Shown here: one piece after another, positions 38,876-48,039 of the stretch
How positions within the stretch are numbered: the stretch's first letter is position 1
Layout: each line of letters opens with the position of its first letter
DNA from: Microgenomates group bacterium
Lineage (GTDB): Bacteria; Patescibacteriota; Microgenomatia; Daviesbacterales; UBA10151
Reading direction: 5' to 3'
Length of the DNA: 64,000 nt
Assembly: GCA_041659805.1 (NCBI GenBank)
Contig: JBAZXP010000001.1
Span: 256,589 to 320,588, forward strand
The notes under the pieces: generated by a model
The model's input: only the letters and a program-made list of their open reading frames with translations
Database searches by the model: none
Told to the model about the DNA's origin: nothing
Position numbers and translations under genes: made by a program

Positions 38876-40575
38876 AATCATTTTTACCAAATTTTAAACC
38901 CCACACTGGAAATGTGCCTACGCATCAAGGATTACGGATTATTCCTTTAGGTGGAGTCGGTGATGTGACCAAAAATATGTATATTTATGAATACGGACGG
39001 GACATTATCATCATCGATTGTGGAGTTGGTTTTCCGGATGAGGCAATGTTAGGTGTGGATTTAGTAATTCCTGATATAACTTATCTCAAAGACAAAGTTG
39101 ATCGGATTAAAGCGATTATTATTACTCACCCTCATGATGATCATATCGGAGGCCTGGTTTATATTTGGCCGGAGCTAAAATGCCCAATTTATGCAACTAA
39201 ATTAGCAGTTGGCTTTATTAAAAACAAATTTATTGAAGCAAAATTGCCCAAAGATCCAATTCATGAGATTGATCCGGAAAATAAGTTGAATCTGGGAACA
39301 TTCTTGGTGTCTTTTTACCGCGTTTCACATTCCGTGCCTGATTCAGTAGGGATTGTAATTGATACGCCTGCAGGTAGAGTAATTCACCAATCTGATTTTA
39401 AATTAGACTGGACACCAATTATTGGAGTTCCCACGGAAATTGGTAAAATCGCCAGATATGCTGAGAAAGGCATAGATTTATTGTTGATAGATGCGCTGGG
39501 ATCAGAAAAACAAGGCTATAACGAACCTGAAAGAAATATTTTACCCACATTTAAGAGAATAGCTGAAGAGACTAAGGGTAAAATGTTGCTTACCACAGCG
39601 AGTTCCAATATTTCAAGAATTCAGATGGCAATTAATGTGGCAGTAGAAGCAGGTAGAAAAGTGTCTTTAGTAGGCAGATCAATGGAAAGCAATTTTCAGG
39701 TGGCCCGTGATTTGGGATATTTGCATATTCCCCCGGGAGTTATTATTCCTCAGGAAGAGGTGAGACGTTATGCAGATAATAAGCTACTTCTAATTATTGC
39801 CGGTTCACAAGGTCAGCCGGGATCAGCTTTATCCAGAGTTGCCAATAATGATCACAAATATATTTTCTTAAAAAAAGACGACACAGTTATTTTTTCAGCA
39901 GACCCGATTCCTTCAACAGAAACAGCACAGCATAATTTAATTGATAAACTCGCCAAAATGGGAGTAGATGTTAGGTACCGGGAAATGGAAGATTCTCTTC
40001 ATGTTTCAGGTCATGAAACATCAGAAGAAATAAAGATGATGATTAATATTATCAAGCCAAAAGCCTTGGTTCCGATCGGAGCGACCTTTAGGGGAATGGT
40101 GGCTTTTTCCAAACTTGCTAAAGATTTAGGTTACGGCGATCGCCAGATATTATTAGCGGAAGACGGGCAAATTATTAATATGGTTTCAGGGTCTTCTCAT
40201 ATTGATGGCAGGGTTGAAGTCCGGAATATTTATGTGGATGGATTGGGAATAGGAGATGTGGGGAACGTAATTTTAAGGGATCGAAAAGTGATGTCTGAGG
40301 AGGGAATAGTTTTGGTTATTGTACCTGTTGATGCTCACACTAGCCAACTCGTTGGAGAACCTGATATAGTAACCCGTGGGTTTGTTTTTGAAAGAGAAGC
40401 AGAAGAGCTTTTGTCAAAAGCCAGATCTGTTGTGAAATCATGCCTGGCTGATCATCCAAATGCTTTGCTTGATTGGAGATTTATCAGGTCTCATATTGAA
40501 GAAAATTTAGATAAATTCTTCTTTGAAGAGATACACCGCAGACCCATGATTTTGCCACTAATTGTGGAAGTTTAA
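38872..40575 (+). CDS. rnj: Ribonuclease J
   Basis: IPLGG, THPHDDHIG, HSVPD, GSQGQP, HVSGH. Confidence 0.96.
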   Translation: MKSFLPNFKPHTGNVPTHQGLRIIPLGGVGDVTKNMYIYEYGRDIIIIDCGVGFPDEAMLGVDLVIPDITYLKDKVDRIKAIIITHPHDDHIGGLVYIWPELKCPIYATKLAVGFIKNKFIEAKLPKDPIHEIDPENKLNLGTFLVSFYRVSHSVPDSVGIVIDTPAGRVIHQSDFKLDWTPIIGVPTEIGKIARYAEKGIDLLLIDALGSEKQGYNEPERNILPTFKRIAEETKGKMLLTTASSNISRIQMAINVAVEAGRKVSLVGRSMESNFQVARDLGYLHIPPGVIIPQEEVRRYADNKLLLIIAGSQGQPGSALSRVANNDHKYIFLKKDDTVIFSADPIPSTETAQHNLIDKLAKMGVDVRYREMEDSLHVSGHETSEEIKMMINIIKPKALVPIGATFRGMVAFSKLAKDLGYGDRQILLAEDGQIINMVSGSSHIDGRVEVRNIYVDGLGIGDVGNVILRDRKVMSEEGIVLVIVPVDAHTSQLVGEPDIVTRGFVFEREAEELLSKARSVVKSCLADHPNALLDWRFIRSHIEENLDKFFFEEIHRRPMILPLIVEV

Positions 40576-40618
40576 TCAACCTATAGTTAAAATATGTGTG
40601 GTATAATAAGGAGGTAAT

Positions 40619-42736
40619 ATGTCCAGAAGACGTTCAATGTATTCACTGCCAAAATTGAAATTAAAACAAAAAACAATTATCACTATTGGTACTGTTATAG
40701 CATTTATCTTTGCAATTATTTCCGGAGTCTCATTGGTAACTCAAACCCCAAAACTTCTTTTTTGGCAACAATTCTTAACAAGTAATTTAGGTTGGACAGC
40801 TTATTTTGCCCCAATTATTTTCTTTGTTTCAGGACTTGTCTTGCAAAGATTTAAATGGCAATTTGCCCAACCGAATGTTCTTGTCGGTCTAATTACGATT
40901 ATGATTTCTTTGTCTTCTTTGACAGCCCCTATCTCAGTTTCGGGTGCCGGAGAAATTGGCTCGTTAATCTGGGACGAGCTTTTCAGTATAGTCACAGGTT
41001 TCGGAGCGATTGCTGTTTTATTTGGAATTTTGATTGTGGGAATGGTAGTTCTTTTTAATACTTCTGCCTCACAGGTTTTAGCAATTCTTGCGGGCATCTT
41101 TAAATTTGCTAAAGAGAAAATTTTTGCTCCGATATTCGGAATGTTTAAAGGATCTGGTTTGTCTGAACCGAGAAAAATTGCTATTAAAGTAACAGGCATG
41201 GATGAAAAGGCAAAACTTCCTGAAAAAACACAAAAAGAAACAGCTATTATGGCTGATGAATTGGTGCAAAATGTGGCCGGTCAGACCAAAATTTGGAAAT
41301 ATCCTCCAATTAGTTTATTGTCAGATAAGGTGGGAGCTCCGGCAGACAGAGGAGATGTTAAAAAGAATGCCTCAACAATTGAAAAAATGCTGGATGCTTT
41401 TGGAGTACAAGCTGAGGTGTCAGAAGTTAATGGTGGTCCGTCAGTAACTCAATATGCTTTAAAAATCTCAAGTGGAACCAAAATTGCCAAAATTACCAAT
41501 TTACAAAATGATTTAGCTATGGCTTTAGCTGCCAGAACAGGTACTGTCAGGGTGGAAGCGCCGATTCCGGGCAAGTCTTTAGTTGGTATTGAGGTGCCTA
41601 ATAAAACATTGGAAATTGTCGGTCTAAAAACTATTTTAGCCTCAGATGATATGCAAAAACAAAAAAGCAAATTGGCAATTGCTTTAGGAAGGGATACGTC
41701 TTCCAAGGAAATGATTGTGGATCTTGCTAAAATGCCTCACTGTTTAGTCGCAGGAACAACCGGATCAGGTAAATCAATCATGTTGAACGCACTAATCGCG
41801 TCGCTTTTATATCGTAATTCACCTGAAGAATTAAAACTTATTTTAGTCGATCCTAAAAGAGTAGAGATGTCTAATTACAATGGAATCCCGCATTTGTTAA
41901 CACCGGTTATTAATGAACCGGAAAAAATTCTGTCAGCTTTAAAATGGACCATGGCAGAAATGGACAGAAGATATAAAACTTTTCAATCTGTGGGGGTCAG
42001 AAATATTCAAGGTTATAACGAGATGTCAGGTTTTCAGGCTTTACCTTATATTGTTTTGGTGATTGATGAATTGGCAGATCTAATGATTTTTGCCCCTGTT
42101 GAGGTGGAGGAAGCAATAACCCGTTTGGCTCAACTGGCTAGGGCAACAGGTATTCATTTGGTTGTGGCTACGCAACGTCCGTCTGTTGATGTTATTACCG
42201 GTTTAATTAAGGCAAATATTCCATGTCGAATCGCATTCACAGTTTCTTCCATGGTTGATTCACGGGTTATTATTGATTCACCAGGAGCAGAAAAACTGCT
42301 TGGTCGTGGAGATATGTTATTCTTGCCGCCAGATGCTTCCAAGCCAATGCGTATTCAGGGAGTTTTTGTGTCTGACGCGGAACTTAATAATTTAATCGAT
42401 TTCTTGAAATCTACCGGTGTGGCTCCTCAATATACGGCAGAGGTAACAGAAATGCCGATTAGTAAAGTCGGAGGAAGAGGTGGTAGTGGGGGAGGGGTAG
42501 GTGAGCTGGATGACCATTTTGAAGATGCAGTTAGAACTATTTGTCAGTATGGTAAGGCTTCAGCCTCGCTATTACAACGAAGGCTTGGGGTGGGGTATGC
42601 CAGAGCAGCTAAGATGTTGGATCAACTGGAAGAAGCAGGTATTGTGGGAGCAGCAGATGGTTCAAAACCGAGAGATGTTTTGATAAAAAATGCTGATGAA
42701 TACTTTGCTCAAAGAAATAATTCAGCTGAAAGCTAA
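40619..42736 (+). CDS. ftsK: DNA translocase FtsK
   Basis: N-terminal TMs, GTTGSGKS, DELADL, ATQRPS, gamma domain LQRRLGVGYARA. Confidence 0.97.
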   Translation: MSRRRSMYSLPKLKLKQKTIITIGTVIAFIFAIISGVSLVTQTPKLLFWQQFLTSNLGWTAYFAPIIFFVSGLVLQRFKWQFAQPNVLVGLITIMISLSSLTAPISVSGAGEIGSLIWDELFSIVTGFGAIAVLFGILIVGMVVLFNTSASQVLAILAGIFKFAKEKIFAPIFGMFKGSGLSEPRKIAIKVTGMDEKAKLPEKTQKETAIMADELVQNVAGQTKIWKYPPISLLSDKVGAPADRGDVKKNASTIEKMLDAFGVQAEVSEVNGGPSVTQYALKISSGTKIAKITNLQNDLAMALAARTGTVRVEAPIPGKSLVGIEVPNKTLEIVGLKTILASDDMQKQKSKLAIALGRDTSSKEMIVDLAKMPHCLVAGTTGSGKSIMLNALIASLLYRNSPEELKLILVDPKRVEMSNYNGIPHLLTPVINEPEKILSALKWTMAEMDRRYKTFQSVGVRNIQGYNEMSGFQALPYIVLVIDELADLMIFAPVEVEEAITRLAQLARATGIHLVVATQRPSVDVITGLIKANIPCRIAFTVSSMVDSRVIIDSPGAEKLLGRGDMLFLPPDASKPMRIQGVFVSDAELNNLIDFLKSTGVAPQYTAEVTEMPISKVGGRGGSGGGVGELDDHFEDAVRTICQYGKASASLLQRRLGVGYARAAKMLDQLEEAGIVGAADGSKPRDVLIKNADEYFAQRNNSAES

Positions 42737-43431
42737 TAAGTTGTAGGTGGTTGGGATAAAAAATCTGAAGCTTTTGGAGAATCATCTATTTCACTTTCAT
42801 CATCGGTATTTGCTAATTCTTCTGGTTCTTCCTTGTCCGGCATAGCTTCGTCCGACGCCATAGGCTCTGGCCGACGGCTGTCAGTGTCGGCGGATTCTTC
42901 ATCAACAGGAGTAGCGCTGGAGCTTAAATTTTCTAAAAGATTATCAATTGGGCTCATGGCGGACATAAAACGTTTTTCCTCTTCCTGCTTTCTTTTTCTT
43001 TCAATGGCTGCGTCCGCTGCTTCTTTAAAATTTTCAAATTGAGGCTGTGTTAAATGAGTATAAGCAAGGATGACCTTGTTAACACAATTTTGCCCATCGT
43101 TTTCCAGTTTTTTAATATTATTAAAAAGCATAATATAAAAATCCTGGCCTGTGTCTGGTTGTTTGCTGTGATTGATTTCTACTTCATAATTTTCTAAATC
43201 CATCCTGTAATGATCTTCTATTGAGGTAATATCGAATTTATTTAGATCCGTGTGGGTGACTGTTAATTTATCCTGATTTATTAAATCTACTAACTGGTTT
43301 AAATATTTTTCTGCTTTTTCACCGTCTCCGGCTGGAGGAGGAGGTTCTTGCGGAGCTTCTGAGGCAGGAACAGGCTCTTCTTGAGGGATATCTGTATTGG
43401 AATTAGTGTTTGGGGTAGTATCGTCGAGCAT
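42733..43431 (-). CDS. Acidic hypothetical protein
   Basis: TTGACG-17-TAATAT 7 nt before ATG 43431; disordered acidic ends, globular core. Confidence 0.7.
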   Translation of the reverse strand: MLDDTTPNTNSNTDIPQEEPVPASEAPQEPPPPAGDGEKAEKYLNQLVDLINQDKLTVTHTDLNKFDITSIEDHYRMDLENYEVEINHSKQPDTGQDFYIMLFNNIKKLENDGQNCVNKVILAYTHLTQPQFENFKEAADAAIERKRKQEEEKRFMSAMSPIDNLLENLSSSATPVDEESADTDSRRPEPMASDEAMPDKEEPEELANTDDESEIDDSPKASDFLSQPPTTY

Positions 43432-43556
43432 TCCTCTAATATTAGGAAAGTACCCTAAAAACGTCAATAAGTCTTTATTAGATAGAAATCTAACTTAATA
43501 GCTCATCTTTGCTTGAATGTTCAAGGCATAGGTAGGATAATAGGGATTATTAAATT

Positions 43557-44195
43557 ATGAGAACTGTTGGGCAGATTTTAAAAGAAGCCAGAGAGCAAAA
43601 AGTATATACCCTTGAGCAAGTAGAAAAAGCAATCAAGATCAGAAAAGAGATGCTGATTGCACTTGAATCAGATAATTATAAAAAGCTACCTCCACCTACA
43701 TTTGTTCGGGGTTTTATTAAAAATTATGCTACTTTTTTAGGGTTAGATTCTTCTAAGTTGCTGGCAATATTCAGAAGAGAATTTGCAGAAGATAGGCATA
43801 AACCATATGTGATGGATGCTTTTTCTAATCCTGTTGAAACTCCTAAATTTAAGCTTACTCCTAGCCAGTTGCTTGGTGGGGTGGTTGTTCTAATAGTATT
43901 ATCTTTTTTTATCTACCTTTGGGTACAATACCGCAGTTTAGTTGGCGCTCCTCAACTTTCTATAGTTTCTCCAGTTGATCAAATGACAGTCAATGATCCA
44001 AATTTAGGGGTAATAGGAAAAACAGATCCAGAAGTAAAAGTATTGGTAAACAGTCAGGAGATTACAGTTGATAGTAATGGTGATTTTAAGGAAACTATAA
44101 ATTTAAGTTCCCAGGTTAATAAAATTACCATTGATGCTGTTTCCAAATTTGGACAAAAAACCCAAACAGAAAGGACAGTTTACCTAAAGAGGTAG
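43557..44195 (+). CDS. RodZ-like HTH + TM + Ig-like protein
   Basis: GQILKEARE…FVRGFIKNYATFLGLD HTH, TM, Ig-like C-terminus; downstream of ftsK. Confidence 0.85.
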   Translation: MRTVGQILKEAREQKVYTLEQVEKAIKIRKEMLIALESDNYKKLPPPTFVRGFIKNYATFLGLDSSKLLAIFRREFAEDRHKPYVMDAFSNPVETPKFKLTPSQLLGGVVVLIVLSFFIYLWVQYRSLVGAPQLSIVSPVDQMTVNDPNLGVIGKTDPEVKVLVNSQEITVDSNGDFKETINLSSQVNKITIDAVSKFGQKTQTERTVYLKR

Positions 44196-44213
44196 CGAGA
44201 GGCAAGCTTTACT

Positions 44214-44258
44214 TATTTAAAAAGATAATCAGGATAAAGTAGCGTAGATGCGGCGGAT
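44214..44258. pseudogene. Ghost rodZ 3' end (+) abutting ghost alaS 3' end (-)
   Basis: + strand 44214-44228 = YLKR*; - strand 44258-44229 = IRRIYATLS*; both match the live gene tails in different codons. Confidence 0.85.
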
Positions 44259-44308
44259 TTCCCTTGTGATATTGAAATTCATTACCGTTTATAGTATATA
44301 ATTTACTT

Positions 44309-44602
44309 ATGAATGAAAGAATGCTAACAGCAGATCAATTAGAATCAATAAGAGTGGCTCAAGAAGAAGCAAATAAGATAAAAGAAATGCCTGCAGAAGA
44401 ATTTCATGGATTACTCCAAATAGAAGGAGTAAGAAGTGGTTTATGTTTGGTTAGTGTAGGTATTTTAGATAAAGAAGAATTTCCTTTTAATCCCCCTGAT
44501 CGAATCTTGTTAGATGCACTTGATGCTAGGCTTAAAAATCAAGGAATAGATGTAAGAGATAGGGAATGTTGGAAAAAATTATACGGTGTTGAATTAGTTT
44601 AA
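44309..44602 (+). CDS. Hypothetical protein
   Basis: 97-aa ORF, TATAAT 6 nt before ATG; stop overlaps the alaS end. Confidence 0.65.
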   Translation: MNERMLTADQLESIRVAQEEANKIKEMPAEEFHGLLQIEGVRSGLCLVSVGILDKEEFPFNPPDRILLDALDARLKNQGIDVRDRECWKKLYGVELV

Positions 44603-46393
44603 CGTAGCATAAATTCTTCTTATTCCAGCTGAAGCAGATTCTTCTTTAATGATTTTAAATTTTCCTAATTCTCCGGTATTTTTAACATGAGGACCGCCGC
44701 AGATTTCTTTACTGAAACCTTCGACTGAATAGACTGTTACTTGATTACCATATTTATCCAGAAAAAATCCTAAAGCACCTGATTCTAAAGCTTTTTGTTT
44801 ATCCATAATTTCAGAAGTTACAGGCAGATTTTCCTGAATTTTTTCATTAACCAAATCTTCAATTTCTTCCAGTTGTAAATCTGTTAATTTCTCTTTTTGG
44901 GAAAAATCAAATCTTAATCTGTCTGCTGTGATATTACTGCCTTTTTGGGCAACATCATCACCCAAAATTTTTCTAAGTGCAGCATTTAAAAGATGTGTGG
45001 CTGTGTGATATTTGGTAGCAGTTTCAGTTTGTTCTGTTAACCCTCCTTTAAACATTCCTGCAGAAGCAGTTCTGGATAATTCTTTATGATGATCAAACTC
45101 TTTTTCAAATTCTTCGTGATTTACCTCTTGTCCTTTTAACTTAAATAATTCTTCTGTAATTTCTAAAGGGAAACCAAAGGTTTGATAAAGATCAAAAGCA
45201 ATTTTTCCATTAATATTTTCTATTTTATTTATTTCTTTTAATCCTTGATCCAGAGTTTTGGCAAAACGGTTAAGCTCATCTGCCACTACTGCAAAAACAG
45301 ATTTGGAGTCTTCTTCTACATTGATATTATAATTGCCTTCATAAATAGTTAAAATAGTTTCGATAATTTCCATAATACTTTCAGTGTTCCAGATTTTGCC
45401 GGAAAGCTGATGCATTTTTACCATAGAGCGGCGTAGTAGTCTTCTTAAAACATAACCCTGCATTTTATTGGAAGGAAGCACTCCATCAAGAATTAAAAAA
45501 GTAGAAGCTTTAAAATGATCAGCAATAATTCTAAATTGAATTCTTATATCAACCCAACATTGTTTATCATCATTGATATAATCACAATCGGCTTTTTCTC
45601 CGTATTCTAACCCTGTAATTTTTTCAATTTTTTGAATAATAGGCCAAAATAATTCGGTCATATAATCATCGTTTAGATTGTTAGTTAAAGCTAAAGCACG
45701 TTCTAAGCCCATACCAGTATCTACATTTTGTTGGCTTAGTTTTTCAAATTTTCCGTTTTCCAGCTTGTTATATTGCATGAAAACATCATTCCAGATTTCT
45801 ACCCATTCTTTATTCTCTGGATCAAAGTTTTTTGGAGCATCACCTTTTCCAGTCCAAATAAACATTTCAGAATCTGGTCCACAGGGACCACTATTTCCCA
45901 CAGGTCCCCACCAATTATCTTTTTTAGGAAGTTTAGCAATTCTGTCTTCTGAGATTCCTAGATCTTTCCAGATTGCAAAAGATTCATTATCAAAAGGAGC
46001 ATCCGTGTCACCAACAAATACAGAAATTCCTAATTTTTCTTTGGGTAAATTTAAATAATCTTTTGAAGTTAAAAATTCATAGCTCCATTTAATGGCGTCT
46101 TCTTTGAAGTAATCACCAAGACTCCAGTTGCCCAGCATTTCAAAAAAAGTATGATGACAAACATCTCCCACTTCATCAATATCATCCGTTCTTAAACATT
46201 TTTGAACATCTGCTAATCTTTTTCCTTCGGGATGTTTTTCTCCCAGTAAATAGGGAACTAAAGGATGCATACCAGCTGTGGTAAATAAAACTGAAGGATC
46301 GTTTTCCGGCACCAAAGGAGCCGAAGGGATAACTTTATGATTTTTCTTCTGGAAAAATTCCAAATATTTTTGTCTTAATTCTTTTGCTGTCAT
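44594..46393 (-). CDS. alaS: Alanine--tRNA ligase lacking the C-Ala domain
   Basis: FTTAGM, HHTFFEMLGNWS, DTGMGLER, HTATHLL, EICGGPHV, GIRRI; 599 aa. Confidence 0.97.
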   Translation of the reverse strand: MTAKELRQKYLEFFQKKNHKVIPSAPLVPENDPSVLFTTAGMHPLVPYLLGEKHPEGKRLADVQKCLRTDDIDEVGDVCHHTFFEMLGNWSLGDYFKEDAIKWSYEFLTSKDYLNLPKEKLGISVFVGDTDAPFDNESFAIWKDLGISEDRIAKLPKKDNWWGPVGNSGPCGPDSEMFIWTGKGDAPKNFDPENKEWVEIWNDVFMQYNKLENGKFEKLSQQNVDTGMGLERALALTNNLNDDYMTELFWPIIQKIEKITGLEYGEKADCDYINDDKQCWVDIRIQFRIIADHFKASTFLILDGVLPSNKMQGYVLRRLLRRSMVKMHQLSGKIWNTESIMEIIETILTIYEGNYNINVEEDSKSVFAVVADELNRFAKTLDQGLKEINKIENINGKIAFDLYQTFGFPLEITEELFKLKGQEVNHEEFEKEFDHHKELSRTASAGMFKGGLTEQTETATKYHTATHLLNAALRKILGDDVAQKGSNITADRLRFDFSQKEKLTDLQLEEIEDLVNEKIQENLPVTSEIMDKQKALESGALGFFLDKYGNQVTVYSVEGFSKEICGGPHVKNTGELGKFKIIKEESASAGIRRIYATLN

Positions 46394-46418
46394 GAGGAGA
46401 TTATACCTTACAGTAATA

Positions 46419-47207
46419 TTACTTTGCACTCTCAACGATTCCTCTTAAAAAAGGAATGTCATTCCAAACTTCAGCAATTTTGTGATCTGCATAATGAGAA
46501 AAATCACTGTCCAGATTAGATCTGATTAAAGATGGTACACAGAATTTGGAACCGTGATCATTCCATGACAGGCTTATCAGATTTAAAAATCTGTGGGTAT
46601 GATTAGTTTCTGACGGCGAAATATTAACCATTTCCTGAAATATTTCTTGTCTGATATTTGAGGGGAGAAGAACAATTGCTTCAATGGCGAGTGATTGACT
46701 ATTGTGTGTTGTATTATCAAGGAGTCCTTTACCTGTTAGTAAATCCCGGGCGATACTTGGATCAGATGCAGCAAAAACAATTCTGGAGGAAACTTGTGTG
46801 GGTATAACTTCTAGAAAATCAGCCAAATAATGTCCTGTTGGAAGCATGATAGGAGAATGGCTATACCGAAAAGCTTCCATTAACTGCTCATTAAAAATGG
46901 ATGTGGTTACAAAAATATCTGCCAGTTGAAGTTGTTCTTCATAATTTTTTCCTTTTGGGATTTGTTCGATATCGCTTTCCCAAACTTTATTTCCAGAAAG
47001 AATATAATTTGCAAGATCTAACCGATCAAAGTGTCTGGATCTTTTTATCCGATGTGGAGCTATGAATTTATTCACGAGGCGGCTGATTATATTATCTGAA
47101 TGAGTTTGTGGATCGCTGTTCACTAATTTTACCAGCGAAACTACCCCATAATGTCCTTTTTTTATTTCCTGTTCCGCAAATCTATTTTTGGAGGTGAGCT
47201 CATTCAT
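46419..47207 (-). CDS. Hypothetical protein
   Basis: 262-aa ORF, TATAAT 8 nt before ATG. Confidence 0.6.
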   Translation of the reverse strand: MNELTSKNRFAEQEIKKGHYGVVSLVKLVNSDPQTHSDNIISRLVNKFIAPHRIKRSRHFDRLDLANYILSGNKVWESDIEQIPKGKNYEEQLQLADIFVTTSIFNEQLMEAFRYSHSPIMLPTGHYLADFLEVIPTQVSSRIVFAASDPSIARDLLTGKGLLDNTTHNSQSLAIEAIVLLPSNIRQEIFQEMVNISPSETNHTHRFLNLISLSWNDHGSKFCVPSLIRSNLDSDFSHYADHKIAEVWNDIPFLRGIVESAK

Positions 47208-47251
47208 AATCTAGAATTATAGGATAAAAAGTTTTGATAGTCTACTAAGGA

Positions 47252-47527
47252 TTAATGCTTCAATGCTTCTAAGGCTGCTTCGCCTTCCTCTTCCATCTCA
47301 GCGAGCCTGGTGTAATAATCTGGAATTTCGTTTAAATGAGCCAAAGCAATTTTGCCTGTTTCAATTGGATCATCATTGGTGACATTAGTAGAAGGAGAAA
47401 TTGTGCCGTGTTCCAGCTCTACATCCAAACCCATCCTGAATTGCTCCACATCCCATCTACTCCAGTCAATTTTTAGCTCATCCCCGATTTGCTTAGCTTC
47501 ACTGGCAGTAAAAGTTGCTTTTGGCAT
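47252..47527 (-). CDS. DUF5661-like protein
   Basis: QFRMGLDVELEHG…KIALAHLNEIPDYYTRL. Confidence 0.8.
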   Translation of the reverse strand: MPKATFTASEAKQIGDELKIDWSRWDVEQFRMGLDVELEHGTISPSTNVTNDDPIETGKIALAHLNEIPDYYTRLAEMEEEGEAALEALKH

Positions 47528-47594
47528 ATATAAAAAGTATAGCATAGATTTTTTTAGTGTTGACAAAAGAATAAATCACCCTATAATACGTCCT

Positions 47595-47975
47595 ATGTCT
47601 AGAGAACGGGAAAATAAAGTAGGTTGTTCAACTGGTGGTTGTGGTGGTTGTGGGTGTGTGATGACTGTCGGACTTGTGCTGACTCTTTTGGGCGCTGCTA
47701 TTGGCGGCAGAATTTCTGCAAGAATTCCTTTTACTGAAGCAAATGTTACTATTGCTGGTTCAGTAGGAGCAAAAGAATTAACCAGAGAGGCAACTCAATC
47801 AAAGTATATTACTTCCAGGATTGCCGGAAGTAATAATTTTATAAATAATACCAACACTTTAACTATAGGTGGTATTGAAGGATATGAAGTATTTATAGTT
47901 GGTCAACAAGAAGGCGCACCCTGGTTTGATTTAGGGATTGATATGGCAAGAAGAAGTGATTTGCTTGATAAATAA
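47595..47975 (+). CDS. Hypothetical single-TM protein with Cys/Gly-rich N-terminus
   Basis: TTGACA-16-TATAAT, ATG 47595; GCSTGGCGGCGC then TM. Confidence 0.65.
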   Translation: MSRERENKVGCSTGGCGGCGCVMTVGLVLTLLGAAIGGRISARIPFTEANVTIAGSVGAKELTREATQSKYITSRIAGSNNFINNTNTLTIGGIEGYEVFIVGQQEGAPWFDLGIDMARRSDLLDK

Positions 47976-48039
47976 CCTTCACACTCTTAATCCACTTGGC
48001 TATTTTTTTTGTTTCTGCTAAACTAAAAATAAATAAAAA

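Noticed and set aside
43468-43500. Possible ghost ftsK tail (KNVNKSLLDRN vs KNADEYFAQRN)
   Set aside because: Only 4 of 11 residues match and the segment is explained by the -35 region of the gene starting at 43431.
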